In this document: positions 16,972-24,796 of the stretch, piece after piece
Layout of the letters: each line of letters starts with the position of its first letter
How positions within the stretch are numbered: position 1 is the stretch's first letter
NCBI RefSeq assembly: GCF_000341895.1
Contig: NC_020409.1
Coordinates: 3,332,411-3,364,410 of the forward strand
Reading direction: 5' to 3'
Source: Pseudodesulfovibrio piezophilus C1TLV30
Lineage (GTDB): Bacteria; Desulfobacterota; Desulfovibrionia; Desulfovibrionales; Desulfovibrionaceae
Length of the DNA: 32,000 nucleotides
Position numbers and translations under genes: made by a program
The notes under the pieces: model-generated
The model's database searches: none
Seen by the model: the letters and a program-made list of their open reading frames with translations, nothing else
What the model was told of the DNA's origin: nothing

Positions 16972-18054
16972 ATGACCAACGACCTTTCTATCCGCAACAT
17001 GGTGAAGTGTTTCGGCGATTTTACCGCCGTGGACGATGTGACCTTTGATGTTCCCACCGGGTCCTTTTTTTCCATCCTCGGGCCATCCGGGTGTGGCAAA
17101 ACGACATTGCTGCGCATGATTGCGGGCTTTGAGGAACCGACATCCGGGGTTCTTGAGATTCGGGGTCGGGATATGCTCGGAGTCCCGCCAAACCGTCGTC
17201 CGGTCAACCTCGTTTTTCAGCATCTCGCCTTGTTCCCCATGATGAATGTGGCCGAAAATATCGCTTTCGGTCTCAAGCGCCGTGGGGTCGGTTCGGCCGA
17301 AATACGAAAAAAGACCCAACAAATTTTGGAGCGTGTGGGGCTGCCTGGGTTCGGTGAAAAGGGTATCAATCAACTCTCTGGTGGACAAAAACAGCGTGTG
17401 GCCATTGCCCGGTGTCTGGTGCTGGAGCCGTCCGTGCTCCTGCTTGATGAGCCTTTGGGAGCACTGGATCTCAAATTGCGCGATCAAATGAAAGTCGAGT
17501 TGAAGAAGCTTCAGGCCAAGGTCGGAACAACGTTCATATACATTACACATGATCAGTCCGAAGCTCTGGTCATGTCCGACCGTGTGGCGGTCATGAACAA
17601 CGGGCGATTTGAGCAAATCGGCACACCGCAGGAGTTGTATGGTCAGCCAAAGACTCCTTTCGTCGCCCAGTTTGTCGGTGACAATAACAGGTGGAGCGGG
17701 CGGATAACCGAAAGTATCGGGGATGAAGTCATGCTCTCCACGGATGAAGGGTATACATTTCGAACAAGGATTCATGCTTCCTGTAGAAGTGGGGCGCGAG
17801 TGAATTTGTTCCTGCGGCCAGAGGCCATGCGGATAGAACCGAGAGACCGGGATGGTTTGAATATTTTCGGTGTGACCGTCAAGGGAATTCTTTTTGATGG
17901 TGCGAACAGCCGCCTTTTGACAGTGACCAAGGAAGAACATGAACTGATTGTGACTCTGCCGCAGAATCGAAAATTCGATCATATTGTTGCGGGGGACAAA
18001 ATTACAGTGGGCTGGCATCCCGAAGCTGGTATCTGTTTTGGAGCGGAGGGGTAG
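16972..18054 (+). CDS. ABC transporter ATP-binding protein, PotA-like
   Basis: Walker A GPSGCGKTT, signature LSGGQKQRVAIARCL, Walker B LLLDEPLGALD, and a C-terminal TOBE-like regulatory domain. Confidence 0.95.
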   Translation: MTNDLSIRNMVKCFGDFTAVDDVTFDVPTGSFFSILGPSGCGKTTLLRMIAGFEEPTSGVLEIRGRDMLGVPPNRRPVNLVFQHLALFPMMNVAENIAFGLKRRGVGSAEIRKKTQQILERVGLPGFGEKGINQLSGGQKQRVAIARCLVLEPSVLLLDEPLGALDLKLRDQMKVELKKLQAKVGTTFIYITHDQSEALVMSDRVAVMNNGRFEQIGTPQELYGQPKTPFVAQFVGDNNRWSGRITESIGDEVMLSTDEGYTFRTRIHASCRSGARVNLFLRPEAMRIEPRDRDGLNIFGVTVKGILFDGANSRLLTVTKEEHELIVTLPQNRKFDHIVAGDKITVGWHPEAGICFGAEG

Positions 18055-18909
18055 ATGAAAAGTTCCCGTCTCGCGCTTTGGGTCTTTCTTGGGCCAGTCC
18101 TGATTTGGTTGGTGCTCTTGATCGTCCTGCCTCATCTTGATCTGCTGACGATGAGCTTCAGGGGGGAGAACGACTTTGGTGATCCTGTCTGGACGTTCCA
18201 GAACTACACGAATTTTTTCACTGAGCCGATTTATTGGCTGACGTTTGTCCGAACAGCGCTGTATGCAGTCGTAACGACTTTTATTTCATTCCTGCTCGCC
18301 ATGCCGGTTTCCTTCTATATCGCCAAGTTGGCTCGCACCAGAGTGCAGGGTGCGCTCATGATCCTGCTTCTGCTTCCCTTCTGGGTCAGTGAGTTGGTGC
18401 GGATCTATGGGTGGATGATCCTGCTGCGTGAATCCGGGGTGCTCAATTTCTTCATGCTCAAGCTGGGGATCATCGATGCACCCATTGAAATGCTTTACAA
18501 TGACGCCACCATGATCATGGGGTTGGTTTACACTTCCATGCTGTTCATGGTTGTTCCTCTGGTCTCGGTCATGGAAAGCTTGGACGACAGTCTTATCGAG
18601 GCCGCCCATGATCTGGGAGCCGGGCACCTCTCCATCTGGCGAACTATTATTCTGCCTCACTGTAAACCCGGTATCACTTCCGGGTCTATTGTCGTATTCA
18701 TGTTGGCGCTGGGTAATTACCTGACACCGAATCTTATGGGAGGGAAAAACTCCCTTTGGTTCACCGAGCAGATTTACAACCAGTTCATTGCCAGCTTCAA
18801 CTGGAATCAGGGGTCAGCGTTCGGCTTCCTGCTGCTGGTGTTGAGTTCCCTGATCATTTGGCTGGGACTGAAACTGACAGGCCAGAAATTGGGGGAGGTT
18901 GCGTCATGA
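18055..18909 (+). CDS. ABC transporter permease, PotB-like
   Basis: The ATG directly abuts the ATPase stop. Six hydrophobic segments are visible, with an EAA-like loop (IEAAHDLGAGHLSIWRTIILP). Confidence 0.9.
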   Translation: MKSSRLALWVFLGPVLIWLVLLIVLPHLDLLTMSFRGENDFGDPVWTFQNYTNFFTEPIYWLTFVRTALYAVVTTFISFLLAMPVSFYIAKLARTRVQGALMILLLLPFWVSELVRIYGWMILLRESGVLNFFMLKLGIIDAPIEMLYNDATMIMGLVYTSMLFMVVPLVSVMESLDDSLIEAAHDLGAGHLSIWRTIILPHCKPGITSGSIVVFMLALGNYLTPNLMGGKNSLWFTEQIYNQFIASFNWNQGSAFGFLLLVLSSLIIWLGLKLTGQKLGEVAS

Positions 18910-19760
18910 TTCGTTCTTTACCCAGGAGCAAGACCTATGACTGGTCTTTCAATCTCTTCATTCTTGTCTACTTTCTCTTCCTGTTCGCTCCGCTGGTTGT
19001 CACCTGCGTCTTGGCATTCAACAACTCGGATTTCCCTTCATTGCCATGGCAGGGGTTCAGTCTGGACTGGTTTTTTTCCACCGGTCCCGAACGAATCGGA
19101 TTGTTTCATGATGAGCAGAATCTGCGTTCCATCGTGACCAGTTTTGAGACGGCATTTTTCGTCTCTATCCTGAGCGTGATTGTGGGGACATGCGCTAGTT
19201 TCCTTTTCGAAAAGGAAGACTTTCGGTTCAAGGGGGTACTGTACCTGTTGATGCTCGCGCCCTTGGTCATTCCGGGTGTGATTCTTGGGATCTCTCTTCT
19301 TCTCGCTGCCAATTCCGCTGGGACGTATTTTGACGAAACCTTTGGGCTGGATTTCGACTTGTTCCGCCCCAGCTTCTGGCTGGTGGTGCTTGGGCAGTTC
19401 TCATTTATTACCACGTTTGTGACGCTGGTTGTTTCGGCCCGATTGCGCAAATTTGATATATCTCTGGAGGAAGCCGCTTTGAATCTTGGGGCGACACATT
19501 TTGGAGTGATCTGGCATATCACCCTGAAGTTCCTTCGTCCGGCCATTGTTGGAGCCGGGGCTGTAGCTTTTCTCATGAGTTTCGAAAATTTCAATACCAG
19601 TCTTTTTCTTGTGGGGTCCGAGCCGACTCTGCCGATCAACCTGTATTTGCAGGTGCGCGACGGGAGCACTCCGGTCATCAATGCGGTTTCACTCCTGTTG
19701 ATCGTGGGGACTTCGATTCTGGCTTTGGTCAATCTCTATTTTACCAAAAGAGAGGACTAG
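18906..19760 (+). CDS. ABC transporter permease, PotC-like
   Basis: The ORF starts at 18756. The ATG at 18906 overlaps the upstream stop (ATGA), giving MIRSLPRSKTYDW... The EAA loop is EEAALNLGATHFGVIWHITL. Confidence 0.9.
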   Translation: MIRSLPRSKTYDWSFNLFILVYFLFLFAPLVVTCVLAFNNSDFPSLPWQGFSLDWFFSTGPERIGLFHDEQNLRSIVTSFETAFFVSILSVIVGTCASFLFEKEDFRFKGVLYLLMLAPLVIPGVILGISLLLAANSAGTYFDETFGLDFDLFRPSFWLVVLGQFSFITTFVTLVVSARLRKFDISLEEAALNLGATHFGVIWHITLKFLRPAIVGAGAVAFLMSFENFNTSLFLVGSEPTLPINLYLQVRDGSTPVINAVSLLLIVGTSILALVNLYFTKRED

Positions 19761-20603
19761 GTGTTTTTCGACCACTTTGCAGAGACCGGCGCCGTCTGCG
19801 CGCATCGAGGCGCAAGGGCTCTTGCCCCGGAAAATACCATGCTTGCCGCTCTCTTGGGGTATGAGAGTGGTGCTGATTTCTGGGAAATGGATGTTCACAA
19901 GGTGGCGGATGGGTCTCTCGTCGTTTTTCACGATGATGTGTTGGGCCGGACGACCAATGTCGCAGAACTGGTAGATTTTACCGATCGCGCTCCGTGGCCG
20001 ACTCATATGTTCACCCTGAAAGAATTGCACCGTCTGGATGCGGGGTCATGGTTCGTGCGGGACGATCCCTTTGGGACTCTTGCGGACGGGCAGGTTGCAG
20101 GAGAGCAACTTGATGCCATGCACGGGCTGAAAATTCCCACTTTGCGTGAAACGCTGGAATTCACCCGTTTGCATGATCTGCCCATGAATATAGAAATCAA
20201 GGATCAGGTACAGGCTCCAGGAGACCTCTCCATAGTTGATGATATTCTCGGAGAAATTCGGGAATCAAACACAGCCGATCTCATCCTTATATCGTCATTC
20301 AACCATGAATATCTTGTCAGGATGCAGAAAATTGCCCCGGAAATCCCCATTGCCGCCCTGGTAGAGGATTCTCATCCTGACGATCTGGTCGCATATTTGC
20401 GCCATATGGGGGCCACCGGGTACCACCCGGATAAGGATATGGTCGAGCCGGAACTCGTTCGAATGCTTGCCGGGCACACTATTCGTGTGACTCCATATAC
20501 TGTCAACAACATGGATCAGGCTCTTTCATTGATTGATGCGGGGTGCTTCGGAATCACGACGGACTTCCCTCATTTGCTCCGGCAACGGCTCTCGGTCAGA
20601 TAA
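19761..20603 (+). CDS. Glycerophosphodiester phosphodiesterase family protein (cytoplasmic, UgpQ-like)
   Basis: The GTG start comes immediately after the permease TAG, with AGAGAGGA 4 nt upstream. GDPD motifs are AHRGARALAPENT, WEMDVH and VVFHDD. There is no signal peptide. The first in-frame ATG would delete the catalytic HRG motif. Confidence 0.9.
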   Translation: MFFDHFAETGAVCAHRGARALAPENTMLAALLGYESGADFWEMDVHKVADGSLVVFHDDVLGRTTNVAELVDFTDRAPWPTHMFTLKELHRLDAGSWFVRDDPFGTLADGQVAGEQLDAMHGLKIPTLRETLEFTRLHDLPMNIEIKDQVQAPGDLSIVDDILGEIRESNTADLILISSFNHEYLVRMQKIAPEIPIAALVEDSHPDDLVAYLRHMGATGYHPDKDMVEPELVRMLAGHTIRVTPYTVNNMDQALSLIDAGCFGITTDFPHLLRQRLSVR

Positions 20604-20747
20604 CGCCACTTCTCCTCAATTTTCTGAAGAGCAGTGTGCCGACCATGGGTGTGTTCTTGGGTATAGGAGAGAGTGTCGCAGAGAATGACCCGAGACAGTG
20701 TTCAGTTCTCCACAGATCGCACCGAGGCCTTTGCAAGGTAGACTATT

Positions 20748-21053
20748 TTACACTGATATATCTGATTTTTTTCGAGGGAAAACGGCTTTCTGGAGGAAGG
20801 TGCCATTTGAGATCAAGCCGTTGCCGTATGACTCCTGGATTTTTTTGTCCTCGTCTGTCTGTGATATTTGAGTGACAAGCAGAGTTAACTGTTGACTCAT
20901 GACCGGATATTGGTCATGACTCAGCCCGCTTGAGAGTTCGCTATATTTATGCACGCCATTTCGATGTTCCTTTTGTCTGTCCTTCGTTGTGTTCTTCATA
21001 AGTAATCGCATCCATTTCAGCTCGTAGCCATATATGGCTTTTAATTCATGCAT
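20748..21053 (-). CDS. Doubtful hypothetical protein (about 101 aa) in a lower-GC spacer
   Basis: This is the only long ORF in the 530-bp gap (the track lists it as 20748..21146, whose 5' end overlaps the SulP start). I recognise no motif and the Shine-Dalgarno is weak. It may be non-coding. Confidence 0.2.
   Translation of the reverse strand: MHELKAIYGYELKWMRLLMKNTTKDRQKEHRNGVHKYSELSSGLSHDQYPVMSQQLTLLVTQISQTDEDKKIQESYGNGLISNGTFLQKAVFPRKKSDISV
20893..20923. repeat. Inverted repeat TGACTCATGACC-N7-GGTCATGACTCA (11 of 12 bases match)
   Basis: Read directly. It lies in the spacer between the GDPD and SulP genes. Confidence 0.35.
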
Positions 21054-21136
21054 GCACCAGGGATTCCCCGGTGCTTTTCTGCTGTTGTGGCTGACCACGG
21101 CAGTCAATTTCATTCGGTATATCAGAGGATTTTTTT

Positions 21137-22741
21137 GTGGAAGCAAGTCGTTCTTTTGTCTCCAGGTCGGAAGGCAGTGCTCAGTCCGATATCTTTTCCG
21201 GGCTTACCGTTGCCTTGGCCCTTGTTCCCGAAGCTGTGGCATTTTCCTTTGTGGCGGGGGTCCCACCCATGGTCGGGCTTTATGGCGCATTCATGATGTG
21301 TCTCGTGACTTCAGTGTTGGGAGGTCGTCCGGGCATGATATCCGGTGCCACCGGTGCCATGGCCGTGGTTATGGTTAATCTCGTGCTGGAGGGGAATGCC
21401 CTTGGCGGAGCCGGAAGTCACGCAGGGTTGCAATATCTTTTTTTCACCCTGTTGTTGGTCGGTATCCTGCAAAGCCTCGCAGGTATATTCAGCATGGGAA
21501 AATTTATTCGCATGGTCCCTCGTTCCGTGATGATGGGGTTTGTCAACGGGTTGGCAATTGTCATATTCCTCTCCCAGTTGAAGATGTTTCAATCCGGCGG
21601 AGAGTGGTTGGAAGGACGGTCGCTTCTGATCATGGTCGGGCTTGTCGTCCTGACCATGACGATCCTCTTTCTCGTTCCCAAAGTGCACAAGAAATCTCCC
21701 GGTGCCCTGATTGCCATTATCTCGGTCTCCCTGCTGGTTTTGTTTGTCGGGATCGATACTGAAACAGTGCTTTCCTTTGTCCAGTCCAATGGAGGCTCCG
21801 GTATCAAAGCGGGACTTCCTTCCTTTGCCATACCAAGTGTCCCCTTTACCTGGAATACACTTGTGTTCGTAACCCCATATGCATTCATTCTGGCCGCCAT
21901 CGGGCTTATTGAATCCCTGATGACGTTGTCGCTTATTGATGAATTAACCGATACGCACGGTCACGGGAACCGGGAATGCATCGCGCAGGGTGCTGGCAAT
22001 TTTATCAATGGATTGTTCGGCGGCATGGGGGGATGTGCCATGATCGGGCAGAGCATTATCAATATCACCTCGGGTGGCCGAGGGCGGTTGTCTGGTCTTG
22101 TTGCCGCTGCCGCGCTGCTGTTTTTTATTCTGTTCACATCCGAGTATATTGAGCAGATTCCCATTGCTGCTTTGACCGGTGTCATGTTCATTGTCGTCAT
22201 CAAGACATTTGCCTGGAGTACGTTCAATATCATGAACAAAATTCCCAAATGGGATGTTGGTGTCATCGTGCTGGTGACTTTTCTCACGGTCAAATACGAT
22301 CTTGCCATCGCTGTCATCTGCGGTGTGATCATTTCCGCCTTGATCTTTGCCTGGGAAAACGCATTACGGATTCGAGCCCGAAAAATGGTGGATGAACACG
22401 GAATCAAGCATTATCAGATTTACGGTCCGCTGTTTTTTGCTTCCACGGCATTGTTCATGAGCAAGTTTGACGTGAGCGATGACCCGGACGAAGTGATTAT
22501 TGATTTTCAGGAATCGCGAATCATGGATCAATCAGCTATCGAAACCATCAACAAACTTACCGAGATGTATCATCGTTCCGGCAAGACCATTCACCTTTGG
22601 CATCTCAGTAAGGATTGTGTTCGTCTCATCAAGAAGGCCGAAAAAATTTGTGTTGTGAATGTTCTTGAAGATCCCGACTATTTTGTCGGCATCGATGACT
22701 ATAGGAAATACCGGGAACATGTCGAATTCGAATCCTTGTAG
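21137..22741 (+). CDS. SulP family inorganic anion transporter with a C-terminal STAS domain
   Basis: GTG start with AGAGGA 7 nt upstream. DIFSGLTVALALVPEAVAFSFVAGV is the conserved SulP N-terminal motif. The protein is polytopic, and the C-terminal STAS-like region includes VIIDFQESRIMDQSAIETINKL. Confidence 0.9.
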   Translation: MEASRSFVSRSEGSAQSDIFSGLTVALALVPEAVAFSFVAGVPPMVGLYGAFMMCLVTSVLGGRPGMISGATGAMAVVMVNLVLEGNALGGAGSHAGLQYLFFTLLLVGILQSLAGIFSMGKFIRMVPRSVMMGFVNGLAIVIFLSQLKMFQSGGEWLEGRSLLIMVGLVVLTMTILFLVPKVHKKSPGALIAIISVSLLVLFVGIDTETVLSFVQSNGGSGIKAGLPSFAIPSVPFTWNTLVFVTPYAFILAAIGLIESLMTLSLIDELTDTHGHGNRECIAQGAGNFINGLFGGMGGCAMIGQSIINITSGGRGRLSGLVAAAALLFFILFTSEYIEQIPIAALTGVMFIVVIKTFAWSTFNIMNKIPKWDVGVIVLVTFLTVKYDLAIAVICGVIISALIFAWENALRIRARKMVDEHGIKHYQIYGPLFFASTALFMSKFDVSDDPDEVIIDFQESRIMDQSAIETINKLTEMYHRSGKTIHLWHLSKDCVRLIKKAEKICVVNVLEDPDYFVGIDDYRKYREHVEFESL

Positions 22742-22852
22742 CTCCTTTCATCATTATCAGAAGAGCGTTGTGACAGACAGCTCTTGATGTGGTGCCGCCT
22801 CTTCGTATACATGGTATCGTGAAATTACCCTGAAGAGAGTGGGCGAAAATGT

Positions 22853-22888
22853 AAAATCCCCCGGTGACATGAATCATCGGGGGATTTT
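22853..22888. terminator. Probable bidirectional rho-independent terminator between the convergent SulP gene and the small minus-strand ORF
   Basis: AAAATCCCCCG-14 nt loop-CGGGGGATTTT. T-rich tails follow on both strands (TTTTTGCTTTC on plus, TTTTACATTTTC on minus). Confidence 0.65.
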
Positions 22889-23037
22889 TGCTTTCTGCCA
22901 TGAAAGGGTGCCGCAAAATTCAAAGTCATTTGTTTGGGTTTCCATCTTTGAAGAGAAACGTCATTAAATGTCCGTACCTCTTCACCTAGAGTGATTTTGA
23001 GAGTCGGTTGTTTAGCCCTTAGTATCGAGTAAAGTTC

Positions 23038-23214
23038 TTATTCTGTCGGTTTCAGTCTGAAAGAGAAATGAAAATCGCCATATGGAGGGATTTCCTTGCG
23101 TTCTCCTCCATTATGTTGGGCGTAAATCTTTACAGTGCGCTCGTGCTCATCATACGTATTCTTATCAATGAAAAACTCTGTCCCGTCAGCCAAGATTACT
23201 TGAGCTTCTTCCAT
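23038..23214 (-). CDS. Small hypothetical protein, 58 aa (below the ORF-track cutoff)
   Basis: My translation is MEEAQVILADGTEFFIDKNTYDEHERTVKIYAQHNGGERKEIPPYGDFHFSFRLKPTE, ending in TAA. AAGGAGGA is followed by a 6-nt spacer (TACGAC) before the ATG. It is isolated from tRNA-Arg by a terminator. Confidence 0.55.
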   Translation of the reverse strand: MEEAQVILADGTEFFIDKNTYDEHERTVKIYAQHNGGERKEIPPYGDFHFSFRLKPTE

Positions 23215-23333
23215 GTCGTATCCTCCTTACACATTTGGTGGGTGTATAATGGGAATACCTGTACTCCTCATTGGTTGATGAATAGAGGGTTTGGGCTGTT
23301 TTTGAGACCCTTTTGCACACTTTTTGACATGCC

Positions 23334-23369
23334 AAAATCAAAGCGGCTACAGTTTTACACTGTAACCGC
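23334..23369 (-). terminator. Rho-independent terminator downstream of tRNA-Arg
   Basis: On the minus strand, GCGGTTACAGT-gtaaa-ACTGTAGCCGC (one G-U pair) is followed by TTTGATTTTGG. It begins 10 nt after the tRNA 3' end. Confidence 0.55.
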
Positions 23370-23379
23370 CTGAAATTTA

Positions 23380-23456
23380 TGGTGCGCCAGGGAGGATTCG
23401 AACCCCCGGCCGTCGGCTTAGAAGGCCGATGCTCTATCCAACTGAGCTACTGGCGC
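23380..23456 (-). tRNA. tRNA-Arg (anticodon TCT), CCA encoded
   Basis: Hand-folded cloverleaf: GCGCCAG TA GCTC AGTTGGATA GAGC A TCGGC CTTCTAA GCCGA CGGCC GGGGG TTCGAAT CCTCC CTGGCGC A CCA. Confidence 0.9.
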
Positions 23457-23469
23457 ACTGCGCACTCTG

Positions 23470-23496
23470 ATAATAGAGGGAGCATGGGAAGGTCAA
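23470..23496 (-). promoter_or_regulatory. Candidate sigma70 promoter for tRNA-Arg
   Basis: The minus strand reads CTTGACC, then a 15-nt spacer, then TATTAT. The -10 element ends 13 nt before the mature 5' end. The spacer is shorter than optimal. Confidence 0.4.
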
Positions 23497-23567
23497 GGAG
23501 ATTTATATCTAATCTTCATTTGTTTGTAGGGGTTTTCCAGTGGGCCGCTTCCTGCTAGAAGGAGGGG

Positions 23568-24785
23568 GTGACGATATTCAATACATACGACGAACTTGAG
23601 GCGTACATGGAGAGGCTCGGTCTGTTTCATATGGACTTGACTCTGGGCCGCATGGAAATGTTTTGGAATGCGAGAGGGCTTCCTGCGTTGCCGGTTATTC
23701 ATGTGGTCGGGACGAATGGCAAAGGGTCGACTTCCACTTTTCTGGGGTCCATAGCCAGAGCCCACGGGCTGAAGACCGGATTGTTCACGTCCCCCCACTT
23801 TGTTTCACCGCGTGAGCGGGTTCAAATCAATAGAGCCATGCTGTCTGCTGAAGTCTGGGTCGAACTTGCCAACGAGGTGCTCAGCACGCCCGGAGGTGAC
23901 CAGTTGACATACTTCGAGTTCCAGACCAGCCTTGCCATGCTCGCTTTCGAAAGGGAGCGGGTCGATCTTGCCGTGATGGAAGCCGGATTGGGTGGTACCT
24001 TTGATGCGACCAATGTCTTTGTTCCGGCCATGACTCTCTTGACTCCCATTGGCATGGATCATGAGAAAATTCTGGGGCCGACCCTCACGGATATAGCTCG
24101 TGACAAGGCCGGGGCCATTCACCCCGGAGGGCTTGCCGTGACCGGGATTCAGGAGGCTGATGCCATGATCCAGCTTCAGGACAGGGCGGAAGCCGTGGCT
24201 GCCCGTCTCCTGTATGCTGTGGATATGGCTGACCCTGTTGATCATACCCAGTTGGGCATGATGGGGATACATCAGACTGCAAACGCACGGCTCGCTTTGG
24301 CCAGTTGGCGTTGGTATGCTGCCGGACACGGGATAAGAAGTGTACCGGAGGCCGAACAGCTCGGGTTGGAATCCGCCTTCCTGCCAGGGCGCATGCAGCA
24401 GGTGGAAATCAATGGTCAGACCCTGATACTGGACGGAGCGCATAACTGGCATGCCTTGGAAGCATTGAAGAGTGCACTTGCGGCAGAGGATATCCAGCCG
24501 GGAGCCGTGATCTTCGCCTGTCTTGAAGATAAGGATATCGAGTCCATGCTCGATCGGATCAGAAGTCTCACCAATGGTCCCATTTATGTTCCTTCGATGC
24601 ACAACGAACGGGCCAGGGACGCGGGAGAACTGGCGGGCTTGATAGGGGCGAGAGCCGTGGCGGTTGACTCCATGGCGCACGCTCTCCAGGCCTGCCATGC
24701 GGTGTCAGAGCCTGTGCTGGTCTGCGGTTCCTTGTATTTGCTTGCGGAGTTTTATACTTCTCATCCAGAATTTCTTACCCCATAA
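23568..24785 (+). CDS. folC: Bifunctional folylpolyglutamate synthase / dihydrofolate synthase
   Basis: Mur-ligase P-loop VIHVVGTNGKGST. Overall FolC layout at 405 aa. The GTG start follows AAGGAGG with short spacing, so the exact start is somewhat uncertain. Confidence 0.9.
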   Translation: MTIFNTYDELEAYMERLGLFHMDLTLGRMEMFWNARGLPALPVIHVVGTNGKGSTSTFLGSIARAHGLKTGLFTSPHFVSPRERVQINRAMLSAEVWVELANEVLSTPGGDQLTYFEFQTSLAMLAFERERVDLAVMEAGLGGTFDATNVFVPAMTLLTPIGMDHEKILGPTLTDIARDKAGAIHPGGLAVTGIQEADAMIQLQDRAEAVAARLLYAVDMADPVDHTQLGMMGIHQTANARLALASWRWYAAGHGIRSVPEAEQLGLESAFLPGRMQQVEINGQTLILDGAHNWHALEALKSALAAEDIQPGAVIFACLEDKDIESMLDRIRSLTNGPIYVPSMHNERARDAGELAGLIGARAVAVDSMAHALQACHAVSEPVLVCGSLYLLAEFYTSHPEFLTP

Positions 24786-24796
24786 CAAGAGACATC

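Noticed and set aside
22889-23037. Tiny minus-strand ORFs (12 aa and 23 aa) downstream of the 58-aa ORF.
   Set aside because: There is no convincing Shine-Dalgarno sequence, and they are too short to support from sequence alone.
23541-23556. TGGGCC-N5-CTGCT upstream of folC, with correct GG-N10-GC spacing.
   Set aside because: The -24 hexamer deviates from the consensus. The predicted start site would also fall on the folC ribosome-binding site and start codon, which is biologically implausible.
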